Source: Trichinella spiralis (Eukaryota). Taken from it: a DNA stretch of 64,000 nt. The notes beneath the pieces were generated by a model. That model had not been told where the DNA came from. It worked only from the letters and a program-made list of their open reading frames with translations, and did not search any database. The translations under genes were made by a program, and so were the position numbers. Shown piece by piece: positions 1-12,396 of this stretch. Location of the stretch: assembly GCF_000181795.1 (NCBI RefSeq), contig NW_003526948.1:430352-494351 (forward strand), given 5' to 3'. Position 1 is the stretch's first letter. Each line of letters opens with the position of its first letter.

Positions 1-354
1 CAGTCAACTTGCATTGCATCTTCAAATTCTGGCAACAACAATAATACAGGCGTTGTATCACCTTCAATGTTTACGTGTACATCATTTGCAGCATCTTTGC
101 CAACGTCCAATGATGAAGCCGCTGCCGAAGCAAGTCCTCGTCCTTTGGATCTTTCGTTGAACACTGTGACAAGTAGTAATCACGCTAGCCGCAGAAAATC
201 GAATAGAGTCTCTCAAGCGTGTTATACTTTTATACCGGATGTGGCCGATTCCAATTCCTGCTTGATGGGATGCAGTTGTGAGACTGATTTGTCTTTGGAA
301 TGTTCCAGCCAATCTGTCGGCTCCCCTCCTGCCAAGAAGACGAAACGTCTTTGA
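1..354 (+). CDS. 3' end of a gene entering from the left; Ser-rich tail with PLDLS CtBP-binding motif and C-terminal NLS-like PPAKKTKRL (likely nuclear regulator)
   Basis: Frame 1 is open from base 1 to TGA 352-354; PLDLS at 142-156; basic NLS-like motif at 328-351; AATAAA at 951. Confidence 0.6.
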   Translation, partial: QSTCIASSNSGNNNNTGVVSPSMFTCTSFAASLPTSNDEAAAEASPRPLDLSLNTVTSSNHASRRKSNRVSQACYTFIPDVADSNSCLMGCSCETDLSLECSSQSVGSPPAKKTKRL

Positions 355-1052
355 GATTTTCCCATCCACTTTTATTGCTTGTCAGTATTAAGGTTGTTTC
401 AGTTTTGCAGGTTTTCATTTTTCATGTGTGATGGTATAATACCGCCGGGTGCTTGGTTATTACTTTCAACATCTCTTGCTGTGCTAATTTAATTTTGTAG
501 AGTAAGTTTTTGTTTGCCAGTAATTTTGCGTATTAGAATATTGTTTATTTTTTCTCATTTTAACATGCGTTCGGTTGTATCGATTGGTGTGGTATATGCA
601 CAAATTATTTGCTGCATCGCTGTTTCTGTTTTCACACTTTCATTATTAGAAAAACGGTCGGCATTTAATTGAAATATATCATTTTGACATTTGCTTGCAT
701 TGCAGAATGTTCATTGGAATAGGTTTATCTGAAAAACTGAAGTGCATATGTGGATTATTAACCATTTTTGCAAGGTCAAAATGATGGAGCTTTTTTTGCA
801 GATGCATTGTTGTTGAATCTTACTTTAAAATGTGTTAAGCAACTGTTTCCTATTTTCTATCATTTTGAACAGACTTATGCAACATCATTTATGTTATTGA
901 ATTGAGTTGTTTTCGCTAAGTTTTTCAAATAATAGCTGTGCCGTTTAACAAATAAAATACAAAATTTTTTATTATATAATATGACGGATAACGGTGAACA
1001 GATTCATCAAGTTGAATTGATATGGTTCTTTAGTACTTAAAATGCTTGCTTC

Positions 1053-4000
1053 TTACTTCGTAACGGTCTGGTTGGAAAACAAAGGTATCTGGTTACTCGT
1101 AATTTCAGCACTTTTTCCTAATGACATAGCAATTTTAGATTCAATGCAACATATGTATTCACCGGGTACGGTCGACTGTTGACACTTGTACGGCAATCCC
1201 GGTGCACCACATGGATTTAATTCTGTTGGAGAGCAGCGGAGAGGTTGATTGGTCAATCGATTGATATGCGGTAACCATCCAGGTTGGCAGGTAGCCTTAG
1301 CTGAACAGCAGATGTATTGCTCACCGGTAGATCCTATCTGAGTCATCTGATTACAGACAAATCCTGGTGGACATGCATAGTTAGTCCTTGAGCAGTAGTG
1401 ATACTGCTTTGTTATGGGATCTTTGTAGGGATCACCTTGAGGACAAAGGTTACCATTTGTCGGCTTCACCTGACTAGAGCAACAGACGCTTTGACCAGTT
1501 GTTGTCATTGATGAACACTAAAGTAACAATTTATTTCATTTAAAATTTAACATTTTAAAAATACTTTCCGGTTTTTCAAAATGATCGAAATCACCCTAAT
1601 TACAGTATGATATTTTCAACATCATATTTTAAAATAACAGTGATGCTTTAAATTGAAACCAATTATGAAAATATTTTTAACAGGCGAAATCCATGATTCA
1701 TGTAAGGATTTTATATTTTGTTTATTATTAATGAAAACTTCATTAAATTTGTTCCTATTGATTTAGCGTGTACTTACTTCATATCCAGTTGGGCATGCAG
1801 CACTTGAGGTGCATAATTTTGGTGTTCCTGAATCCAAGTAAGTGATTCGTCCAATGCATTGACAAAGATGTAGCACACCACCACTCGGCATGCAACAGAT
1901 GTAGTTTCCTCTCAAATTAACAGATTCTTGACAAAAAGCACCTGATGGGCATGTTGAATAAGATGGATTACAGTATCTTGGTTGTCCATCAGCATTTAGT
2001 AAAGTGGAACCTGTTGCACACATTGCTGCCTGACAGCAGTAATATATGTTAACTTCTGATTGTCCACGTTGACAGTTATAACCGCTTGGACATGCTGGAG
2101 AGTGAATATCGCAATGCTCTGGTACACCTTCTCTTTTGTAGGGCTGTTGACCAGGTCCGCATACATCTTGACTTACTTGCCGACAACATATCATCTGTCC
2201 GGACCCAGCATAGCTCTGTACACATCCGTATCCAGCCGGACACGGTCTGTTCATTCCGCAAATGTAGAGCACTCCATTCTGTTCCCAAGGTGCACTTCCA
2301 TCAGGACAAGGAACTTTTAAAGTAGCGCAGCAGATTTGCATATTAGGCAACGTGGATGCTTGACAAGAATATCCGTTTGGACACTGCGGATTCTGTGCTG
2401 TGCAAATCTGTGGCTGACCAGTCGGTAATAGATATGGTGATACCCCACTTAAACATCCAAGAGCTGCACTACCTTTACAACAAATGAAAACTCCATGCAC
2501 ATCTGACGCAAGACACATATATCCCGCCAAACAAGATTTATCAGACGGTGAACTGCATAGCATTGGTGATTTCCCATCTTGTAAATATGCTACCCATCCT
2601 TTGGGACAATTTGGAAGATGATCTATTTGACAACAAATGTATTGAGAAGGTATTGTGGATGGTTCACATGCTGTACCTGCTGGGCATGTTGAAGGGGTAT
2701 TCATACTGCACATTTGTGGTTGTTCTTTTGTAGGATAAGGAATTCGTCCACTTTGACATGCCCAAGCTTGCCTGAGGCAGCATAAAAATAGATGCGGCTT
2801 AGTCGACGGTTCGCAGTCATACTCTGCTGGACATTGACGAAGTGTTGGATCGCAATAAAATGGAACATTCACTGACTGTCTGTATGCAGGTCGACCAGAT
2901 GCGCATTGTTCTTGTAGTGACGGCATTCCATTACTACAGCAAATAAACTGGCCTATCAGAAATGGTGACGCCACACATCGATAACCAGGAGATGGGCAGG
3001 AGCTTTCAGGTCCTAAACAGAACTGAGGTTGACCATTCAAATAAAGCGGAGATGTTCCAGGTGGGCAGAAAGCGTCTCCAGTACTAGGCCGGCAGCATAT
3101 GCCAACCAGTGGATCGCCAACGCTAGGCAGACATTGGCTTTGCGATGGGCAACCGGCGCCAGTTCTGTCACAAAATACATTTAAACCAAACGCAGTCAAC
3201 ACTGGTTCAAACCTAGCTGGACACTGATGCACTGTAATACTGATTGGGCAACATATGCGCACTGTCGGTGCGTTGACAGCAGCTACACATTTGTATTTTA
3301 AAGGACATGAACCTGGAGTAGTCGGTGAGCATTGGACAATAGTTCCAGCTAAAGTATACGGCTTTCCATCTTTTGGACATGCATAAGTTACTGAAGAGCA
3401 GCAGATATGAATGTTTGGTGCATTAGCAGCCGCTTGACATACAAACCCGCTCGGGCAAGCCGCTCCAGCAGATGGATCGCAGTGCATTGGCTCAGAGCCA
3501 ATTAAATATGGCCTCCCTGGACTTAGGCAAGTTAAAGCGATGGTGTAGCAACAAATTCGTGACATTGGATCCTCCATAGTTGCCAAACAAGCAGTTCCAA
3601 GTGGGCAAACAAGGGCATTGTCAGTGCATAATACATGTTTTCCTGCTATTAAATAAGCGCTGAGCTGCTGTGGGCAGTGTAAACGATTCAGCACGGGACT
3701 GGATCTTTTACAGCAAATTCTCACATCTGGATGCATAGGTGTTGGAAGACAGCTACTTCCAACAGCACAGGTTGCAACATCAGTTGGGTTGCAAGCTTTG
3801 ATTATGCCAGATTCAAGTCTCCAGTCAATTGGACATGTAAAATGTGCCTGACCGACACAACAAAGAAATATTCTTTTTCCAGAGGTGGAAAGGAGACAGT
3901 AAGCGCCGGGAATGCATGTTCCAACTATTCCAGGCATGCATGCCACCGCAATGCCAGATTGAAGCCTGAGATTAGCTGGACATTGCTCAGCAGATGTCGC

Positions 4001-4963
4001 CGGTGTGCAACAGACATACACTGCTGGATTGAGGACAGAAACAAGGCAATGGGATCCTGATCGGCACGCAACTGCTGCAGGCTTGCATTCTTTAACTTGT
4101 CCATCTTCTAGCATGAATCCTGTTGGGCAGTGGCTTAAGGTACTAATTTGCTGAACTGCTTCACAGCAGATATATATACGTTGTACTGTTCCAGGTGATT
4201 CCATGCATATAGAAGGAGAAGGACACATTGGTGCAGATGGATTGCAAGTAATTACACGCCCTTGTGGCAATTGAAAGAAAGCCGGACATTGGAGATTTTG
4301 GAAAGAGCTCGTCAACTGGCAGCATACATGCACCCCTGGCCGGCCAGGTACAGCTAAACAGCTTGATGTCAGTTTACAGCTTGAGTATGTTGGCGTGCAT
4401 TCCTTCACTATTCCATCTTCTAGCGTAAATCCAGTTGGACATTGCATACTTCCTGTTGGAAATGCTATTTTGCAACAAAGGTACTGATTTGATGTTCCAC
4501 CTATAGCTTTCACACAAGTGGAAGACTGTGGACACGTTTGCACACCAGCAGTAGGACTGCAGCTTACTGGTGCAGAATCAGCATGTGTCATTCCATGTGG
4601 ACATTGACCAGCAGGTCCGCAGCAAAGTCCAAAAGTGGTATCTGGTTGAGCATGGCAGGAGTACTCAGCTGGGCACTCAAATGGCTGTATAGCAGAGCAA
4701 GTGCGTTGAGAACCTGTAACAGGATCTACGAAGGCGACTTGATTAAGAGGACATCTGCCTAAAATTATTCACTATCAACGCATTGTACTAATTCCTTTTT
4801 ATTTTATTATTTCTGCAATTTAATTAAATATGTTTATCAATTAATTTTATTGTTTATAATTTCATACGTTTAACTGACAAAGGAATTGAAATGAAATATG
4901 TTTGAATTGTTGGTCAATATTAATGAAAAATATAAAAATTAAAATGAATAAATAAATAAATAA

Positions 4964-5004
<41 letters not shown>

Positions 5005-6932
5005 ATATTTTATATAATTTGATAAGAAAGCAATGAAGTTCAATAAATGTACAAAGAAGTTATTACTAGTTTGACAAATTTTTATTGCTTAAACTTTGCT
5101 ATCATTCACTGATAGCCAAAGCAGAGAAAACCATGCACGTATTTAAACTAATTTTTTAATATCAAATGTTAAATCAAAAAAGAAAGGAAGAAGTTTTCGC
5201 GCATGTTTTAAAAATAATACATTCATTGAGCGTTTGAATGCCTCCAAGTGCCACAAAAAGGGAATAGAAAAATTACAAAAAGAAAAATACCTTGAGGAAT
5301 AGATGTTTAGCATTTCATGGAGAAGTAAAAGTTTGGGGAAAACAGTTTGGTCAAAGCTCTAAGGTTACCTAAATTAGTCGACAGACGACTACAAAGCCAA
5401 TAGAAATATGGTAAACTGAAAACAAGCGGCAGAAATCGGCCTGATGATTGCAAGCATCTACTCCATTCTAAGCTTTTTTGCGATCGAACCGTGCTCATTG
5501 TTAATTTTTTATCTAAATTACGCTTTCCAGTCAGCTAACAAAATTCATCTGTTTTATTAATTAATTGATTGATTAATTCGTTTCTGTGATTTCGAAAAAC
5601 TTCTATGAAAAAAGAAAAAGCATATACCGACATCATGTTGGCAGCACTGATAAGCAGCAATCCAAAAATTAAAATGGCAGCTGGAAAAAGGTGGACACTG
5701 GCCAAGCTTGTTTTTTTGACATAATCGTAGCAAATTTCCATCACCATATAATGGATGCATATCGCTTGGGCAACCTTTGTCAAATCCAGCTAAGCAAAAT
5801 CCATTTATGAGGCAAAACTACTTACCATTATCTTGTTGACAACATTGAAATCGATCGGTCAAATAGCTCCAATGACAAATTGACTTTCCAGGGCACTGGT
5901 GAGATGGATCACCTGGAATGCATTTCACTAATTGATTGTTCAGTTTGAAGGGCTTAGATCCACTCGGACATCCTTCTCCTAAATTAATAGGAATGTTCTA
6001 AAAGAGATGATACTTCACAAATTATTTATTACCTGGATCTTTACCACAGCAACGATGTGAATTTTCTACGTTGTCAAAATAACAAATTGTGTCCTCAGGA
6101 CAACTCTCTGATAAACCGGGAACACATCTCACGAGCTGTTTATGCTGATCTATCAATGGCCTTGTTCCCCATGGACAACCGTTAGGTGGTGGCTCAATTC
6201 TTTCACCGGCAATACAACAAGCACCAGCTTGGCATGTCAATGGTGAGACGCAGTCTGCGTCTGTTGTGCACTGCTTTGGATTTTCAATTCTAGCAAGCAG
6301 TGATGACTTTCCCAAATTGCAATAAGCTAAGCACAAATTAAATATGCATTTAATTTGCAATATATCAAACTCATACCTGGACTACGGCCGCAGCAGATGT
6401 ACCGATCATCAACACTGTCATAATAGCAAATGTAATCTTTAGGGCAACTTTTAACTATTCCAGGAACGCATTCTTGCGCTACTCCATTAACCAGATGTGG
6501 CATAGTGTCAATTGGACAAGCTAAACCATATGTAACAAAGTAATTTATATTTTAAAAAAGGCATATTCATTTTTCAATTAAAAATATTTCATTTCTGCTT
6601 TTTTACCTATTTCATTTTTTGAATGAATTTGCGATGCTGCAAATTTACAGTAACCTGCAATTTTGTAACCTTCACAGTAATGTTGTAGAATTTTGTAACA
6701 TGATTTTTTTTAATCTGTATCATCAATGACCTAATTTCATTCAAAATACAAAAGTAAAAAACAGAGGAAGCAATTTTTCATCAAAAAATTATATTTACAT
6801 AATAAAAATATTATAATTATAATTCATATATAATAAAATATTGTTAATTTACATTTTTGAATATTTACCAAAAAGTGAATTGCAACATTGTTGAATGACT
6901 AACAGGAAGAACCATTTGTAAAAAATCGTCAT
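1053..6932 (-). CDS. Large secreted cysteine-rich repeat protein (about 25 Lustrin-cysteine/WR1-type CP..C..C..C..CC modules)
   Basis: Signal-like start MTIFYKWFFLLVIQQCCNSLF at 6932. Phase-1 exons 6869-6932, 6607-6654, 6377-6520, 6033-6326, 5826-5978, ~5627-5789; giant exon 1778-4758; last exon 1053-1517. The link across 4759-5626 is unresolved, so this could be two genes. Confidence 0.8.
4946..5001. repeat. (AAAT)n followed by (TA)n microsatellite
   Basis: Directly visible. Confidence 0.9.
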
Positions 6933-8592
6933 ATCCGCTTGAACAAACTTTCTGTTCTTCAATGTAATCACTTTAATGCTTCTGCAAAACTTGCCATCGA
7001 CAAACGAAGCAAGCAACCCGTACGTGTTCAAACAGCAGAAAGTCTCTAATGTGTAAAACTAGACATCAATACTGGTGCTGATGTCAACTAGCTGACCTCT
7101 GCTTTTCAGTGCTTCATCAAAAGAATTAATTTTGCAACTGCTTTCAAAATAAACGTTTTTTGCTGCATACTGCTTATCTTTCCAAAAAATATATGAACTC
7201 TAATATAAGTTTAAATTATTCTAGTTTAAATATTCTTAAATTTTAATATCTTCTTTCAAAATAACATTAATTTAATTTTATTATACTACATTGTACCACA
7301 ATGTTAAAACCGCTTAGGTGTATATGGAATATTATTTTAAAAGTTGATAAAAGTAAAATAGATTCGTTTTGCTAATATTTAAAAATTATTTCAAACTAGA
7401 TATGCAAAATTTGATGAACGTGAAATGCATGTTTGTGCGTGGAATCTGTTCGTGACGTCTAATTGATGAGTCAGGTAAAGCTGGACAGTTGAAGTGCAAA
7501 CACAATGAAAATATCAAGATGAAACTGATGCTTTAGACAGAAAAATGGTAGAGGTGATTTATTTTATTTACATTTCTGTTTAAGAAATCCTCGAGTTCTT
7601 TTACTGAGCAATAACTTCAACTGACTCTCCAAATGGTAAACATTTATTGTGCATTCACTTGCGCTTTTGCTTTCCAGCTTTTAACATCCATGCTCAATTT
7701 CATCTTTTAATTTGATGTTGAAATAGCTAAGCTTGTCAATATGATTCACATCACTTTCAGCATTCACAACCACCCACACATACTAGCGTGCGCGCGCACA
7801 CACACGCACACTTGAGTTGATAGCTGTAATACTAAAGCCATAAAAGTTGTATAATTTATTAGATCTATTAGTAATAAGTCATATATACTTTTTAAGTGAA
7901 TATCATATCAAATTTTTGAAAACTTTCCTTCAGTTCCATAATTATTTAAACACATCACATAATTATCTATCTATCCATCTATCTATCTATATAAATTACT
8001 CGAAAGTCTTCAAGTACAGTTTACATAAAACAAATTTTTACAATATTTTGATATATGAAATATAATTCTCAAAATTAAATTCTGTCATCTTTTAAACGTG
8101 CTTCAAATGGAATTCATAACACTAATAAGTTACTTTACTATCAATGATACTACTGTATTGATGTGTTGCAAGCTGTGTAGTGGCTGTTTATGGTAAATTT
8201 ATTCTAATCTTGACATAAATCTTCTTCTTCTGAAAATTTGAATATGTAAGTTAAATAATCTTTTATGCAGTTATAAAACTGAAAGGTTATTTTTGTTCAT
8301 TTATCTAAAATTTTAACCACATTTCAACCTGTTTTCGTCTTTGAAAGCGTAAAGTTTATCATACGTAATTAATTTTTTTAGGAAAAAATATTTATATAAA
8401 TTAAAAGTTTATTGTGAATTTTATCTGATTTTTTATATATTGGTGCTACGTGATTTAAGCTATGTATGGTAAAACTTACTTGATTATTTATGCAAAACAG
8501 TTTCGAATACTGGTTACATCATAAACTGGAACATAGAATTTAAACGAAAGATGATTGTTAATTTGTTAAAGTTTAACTTTCTTCATTTTCAG

Positions 8593-9257
8593 ATGTCATC
8601 ACGTTTCGGACCTCGAGCAGTTGGAAGCGATGGTTCCGATTTTCGGCATCGTCAAAAAGTTGCTACACACTACCGTGACAGGTAATTTAATTTTTGTTTA
8701 TAATTTCACAAAATATTTTTGATTTAATTTTTAGCGTACTGAACAAGTATCGTATGAAAGTGACGCTCAGTCTTCATGCACTGTTGTTGTTTCTTATTTG
8801 GGCAAAGCTTTCTGTATATGCGTTGCGTTGGTTCGATTTCACGTTGCATTTCGTTTCGTCTATACAAATGCCTCAACCTGAATTTTGGGAATACTGGTGG
8901 ATTTTTAGTTTCATACCAAGCTGGTTAACTGTTGACGCGATGCAGAGAAATGACAGTTCTGCTATACTGAAAGCTTACTTTCTTTTCTTGATTTGTGGCT
9001 TATTTCCAATTGCCATTGGTGCTGGTCTGAATTTGAACGAATTAGTTACATATACTAAGCATGGCAGAGCCGAGGAGTTGTTTTACGATTTCCCAGTGGT
9101 TGTCATTCGGTACATCTTCTTTGCCATTGCTTTGCAAGTGCATGTTTTTGCCATGTACTTTTGCACCAAGCTCGGACAAGCTTGGCAAAAAGCGACGTCC
9201 GGCATGTCAGAAGCTAATTATCCTGACAGCAGCCTTAGCAACGCAAAAAGGCAATGA
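8593..9257 (+). CDS. JAGN1: Protein jagunal homolog (ER membrane protein)
   Basis: Exon 1 8593-8681 encodes [27 protein letters not shown], the jagunal N-terminal signature. Exon 2 8735-9257 has hydrophobic helices and a WEYWW motif. The ATG directly follows TTTTCAG. Confidence 0.93.
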
Positions 9258-9914
9258 CGGCAGAGTCGTTCAATTGAAAGTGAACGATCGATTCAATTTT
9301 TCATTGTCGGAAATTTGAATTTTTACCGTTGTTCACATCTGTTATCTTGTCATTCATTCACTGAGAAGACCAATTATTATCATTTTATTTCTGCTCAGCT
9401 TTGTTGCTTATATTTTGATGCAGCGGTACGAAATATTGATTTACATGCTGCCAGAAGTTTCAGATCGAACTATTGTTTGATGAATCATTAAACAATTTCC
9501 CAATTGTTTTGAAAGTACAATAAAGGCGTAACGATTTTTTTTTCACTTGTACCATATATTTCCAATAGTTATGTTGTATAATGTAATGCATAAGGAGATT
9601 GAAGGTTTTGCGAAATGTATATGATTTTATTTTAAATAAATAGTTGAATTTATTTAAGAAATTTATTAACTAGAAAATTTAAAATAAATATTATCCATAT
9701 GTAAACTTATTTTTTCAACATGTCTATTTTGTATATATGATTCAATTATACATTATAAATAATAAAATTTGAAAAAAAATGTCAATTTATTCATTTTAAA
9801 TGAAAAAACACTTTAGCAATATATTTTCCTATTCATAGTTCCCTGAACGCATTTACAGTATGCATTATACAGTATAATCTGTTTGTTGGATAGAATTTAT
9901 TGTCCGGTGAGAAA

Positions 9915-10890
9915 ATGATGGCCCAACGCTTAGATGATCTGAATCTACCCAATAACGCAATTGAAAAATTAATTCAACAACAGGTAAATTAAAAATGTTT
10001 CGTTGTATGTAAACAATGCGTTGTGTACGTTAATATGGTATTTAGATGAAAATCACCGTAATTTTGTATAAAATAAATATTAATTTATAATTAGATACAC
10101 TATTGCATGATAAAATGTTTTTTATTGTTAATGTTGTTTCAAATAAAAGTTGTGTTTGTGTAAACAATGAAGATTTTATTTCCAAATGTTGAGTCATCAT
10201 GAATGTGAAATGGTTATTTTTCTTTTGATCAGCCGAAAGGTAATAATAATATTGAATCAAGAAAGATCTTTATCGGTTTGATCACGATAATGTTGTCAGA
10301 ATGAACAGATTGCTTTCAGTTTGACTGTCACGTTTTGTACAATTAAACGTGGTGTTGAAATTAAATAGAAGTGATAGTATTTTGTCAACAGAGTAATAAA
10401 AATATGTTTAATTAATAACAGAAACTCGGCATTCAGTTTTCCGAAGAAGCCACAATTGCAATTAGTCGAGCAGCAACTGTATTTATCCTGTATTGCACGT
10501 CGAAGTAAGTTTGTTTTTTGAATTTTCGTTTCATTCATTTCTGTTTATATGAAAGTAGAAACGAATAATTTACTCATTTAGAGCATCAGAAAGAACACTG
10601 AAAGATCGTCGTCGAGTAATCAAGGCCGAAGATGTGATCGGTGCAACAGCGGGTTGCAATGTGCCAAATTTTGATTGTGTAAAGCTGACTGAAATCCACG
10701 CTTTGAGTAAGTTTGGCACAAATTCATTTTTTCGCTTTAACAATTGTTAATATTTAAAAAATTTTGTTCAGCAGTTGATCCGGAAAAAAGACTGATGGAA
10801 AGGATTGCTACGAGTGGAAGAAAAAGACGCAGTCAAGCGATGGATGCCGAATCCAAACTCACCATCAATTTAGATGATGAACAATTTTAA
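9915..10890 (+). CDS. POLE3: DNA polymerase epsilon subunit 3 / CHRAC17-like histone-fold protein
   Basis: Exons 9915-9983, 10422-10504, 10582-10706, 10772-10890 splice in frame: MMAQRLDDLNLPNNAIEKLIQQQ..FSEEATIAISRAATVFILYCTS..RRVIKAEDVIGA, matching POLE3 DLNLP/AISRAASVF motifs. Missed by the ORF track. Confidence 0.88.
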
Positions 10891-12073
10891 ATTTTCCCAT
10901 TATCACATTTAGCTTATTTACTTAAATTGAAATGGTTTGAAAAAAGTGAATATGCGTTTAAAATTCGTAAACGATTGTTTTGTCCAATGATTTGTTTTTT
11001 AAGCTTGAAAAGAATGATAGTAGTTTGAAGAGAATTTATTTTCATATATTCATTCTGTACGTTTTGTCTGTTCATCTGACAAAACAGTGATCATTGTGTT
11101 GGTGGTGGGTGAATTTTTTAACGTTTCAAGTTTTCAATAAATTATTCGGCTGAATTGTATGTAATTTTTTGAAGAAGACATCGACTTGCCAGCTCGTAAT
11201 CGACTTTTAATTCAGCTCTGTTGTACTGGTGCTCAGAGCAGATGTGTTGAATGGTTGTTTCAAATTTATACAATTTCTGTTTCTATTCCAATAAACACTG
11301 TACAGTATGCATAACAATCAAGAATAAGCAGATTAAGTGTGTAAAGTAAAAGTAGAAATTCAATCGAGCGCATCGACAATTGATTGTTCAGTCAGAAGTG
11401 TAAAAGTAGGCGTGTGTTCGAATAAAAAGTGATTTTCACAAGAGTGAAGCAAAAATGAGATGTTTTGCTTTGATTTTTTTTCTTTTAATAAATATTCGTC
11501 GGTGATTAAGTTGTGAATAATTTGAAGTGAATGTTCTTTAACTTCTGCTCAATTGTATGCAGTGAGTTTCAGAAAGTTTAACGTATTGAATTTTGTCAGT
11601 TGAAGTTTAATTTAAATTCATAAAATAAAATTTATTTAAATTTTAATTTTAATAAACATTTGATAAAATTTATATGATCAAGTACAGTAATCGTTTGTGT
11701 GTAGGTTGTCAGAAAATGTACAGTATGACAAGTTTTGAACCGAAAAAGGGGAAAAAAAATTTTGTCGACTTCAGCAGAAATGGCACGGACAGTTTTACGG
11801 TAGAGATTGTTGACGAGCAGAGATGATCAGTGACGTGGCGACGTCACTGCTTGGCGACCGTCAGTTTTGAAAACAGTAGTGGTTGATTTTGCGCGTGCGA
11901 TTGGTCAACGAATTGTTTGTTGTTTGCAATTGAAGTTTTATTTTTTTTAATTTGAAATTTAAATTTAAAATATAAACTATTTTCCACATCCAGAGCTGAT
12001 CTGTTCGATTGTGCTTGTTTTGTTCAGTCAGTTGGCTGTTTGAGTGTACGATGATCGCGTCTGTCGTCGTGTA

Positions 12074-12094
12074 ACGTACGTACGTACGTACGTA
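12074..12094. repeat. (ACGT)n self-complementary tetranucleotide repeat
   Basis: acgtacgtacgtacgtacgta visible upstream of dlk-1. Confidence 0.85.
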
Positions 12095-12396
12095 CACAAC
12101 AAGCAGAGCTTGTCGACGCGCGATCAATAAAAGCACCAACCACACGCGCAACAGTGTCGTAGTTTGTTCATGTCGGTCTTTTGGTCGTTCGTTCATTTGG
12201 TCTGTTCTTCTTCTTCTTCTTCTTCTTCATCTCCTGCCAGCTTTGACGTTCTATTTTCTCCTCTATTCGTCAATACACATATTTTTTTTGACAAATAGAC
12301 AACAACAACAACTTGGAACAAGTGTTTGTTTTTTTTGTTTGTTTGTTTGTTTGTTTGTTGGAGGTTTTTCTTGTTGTTTGATAAACAGTGGTCAAT

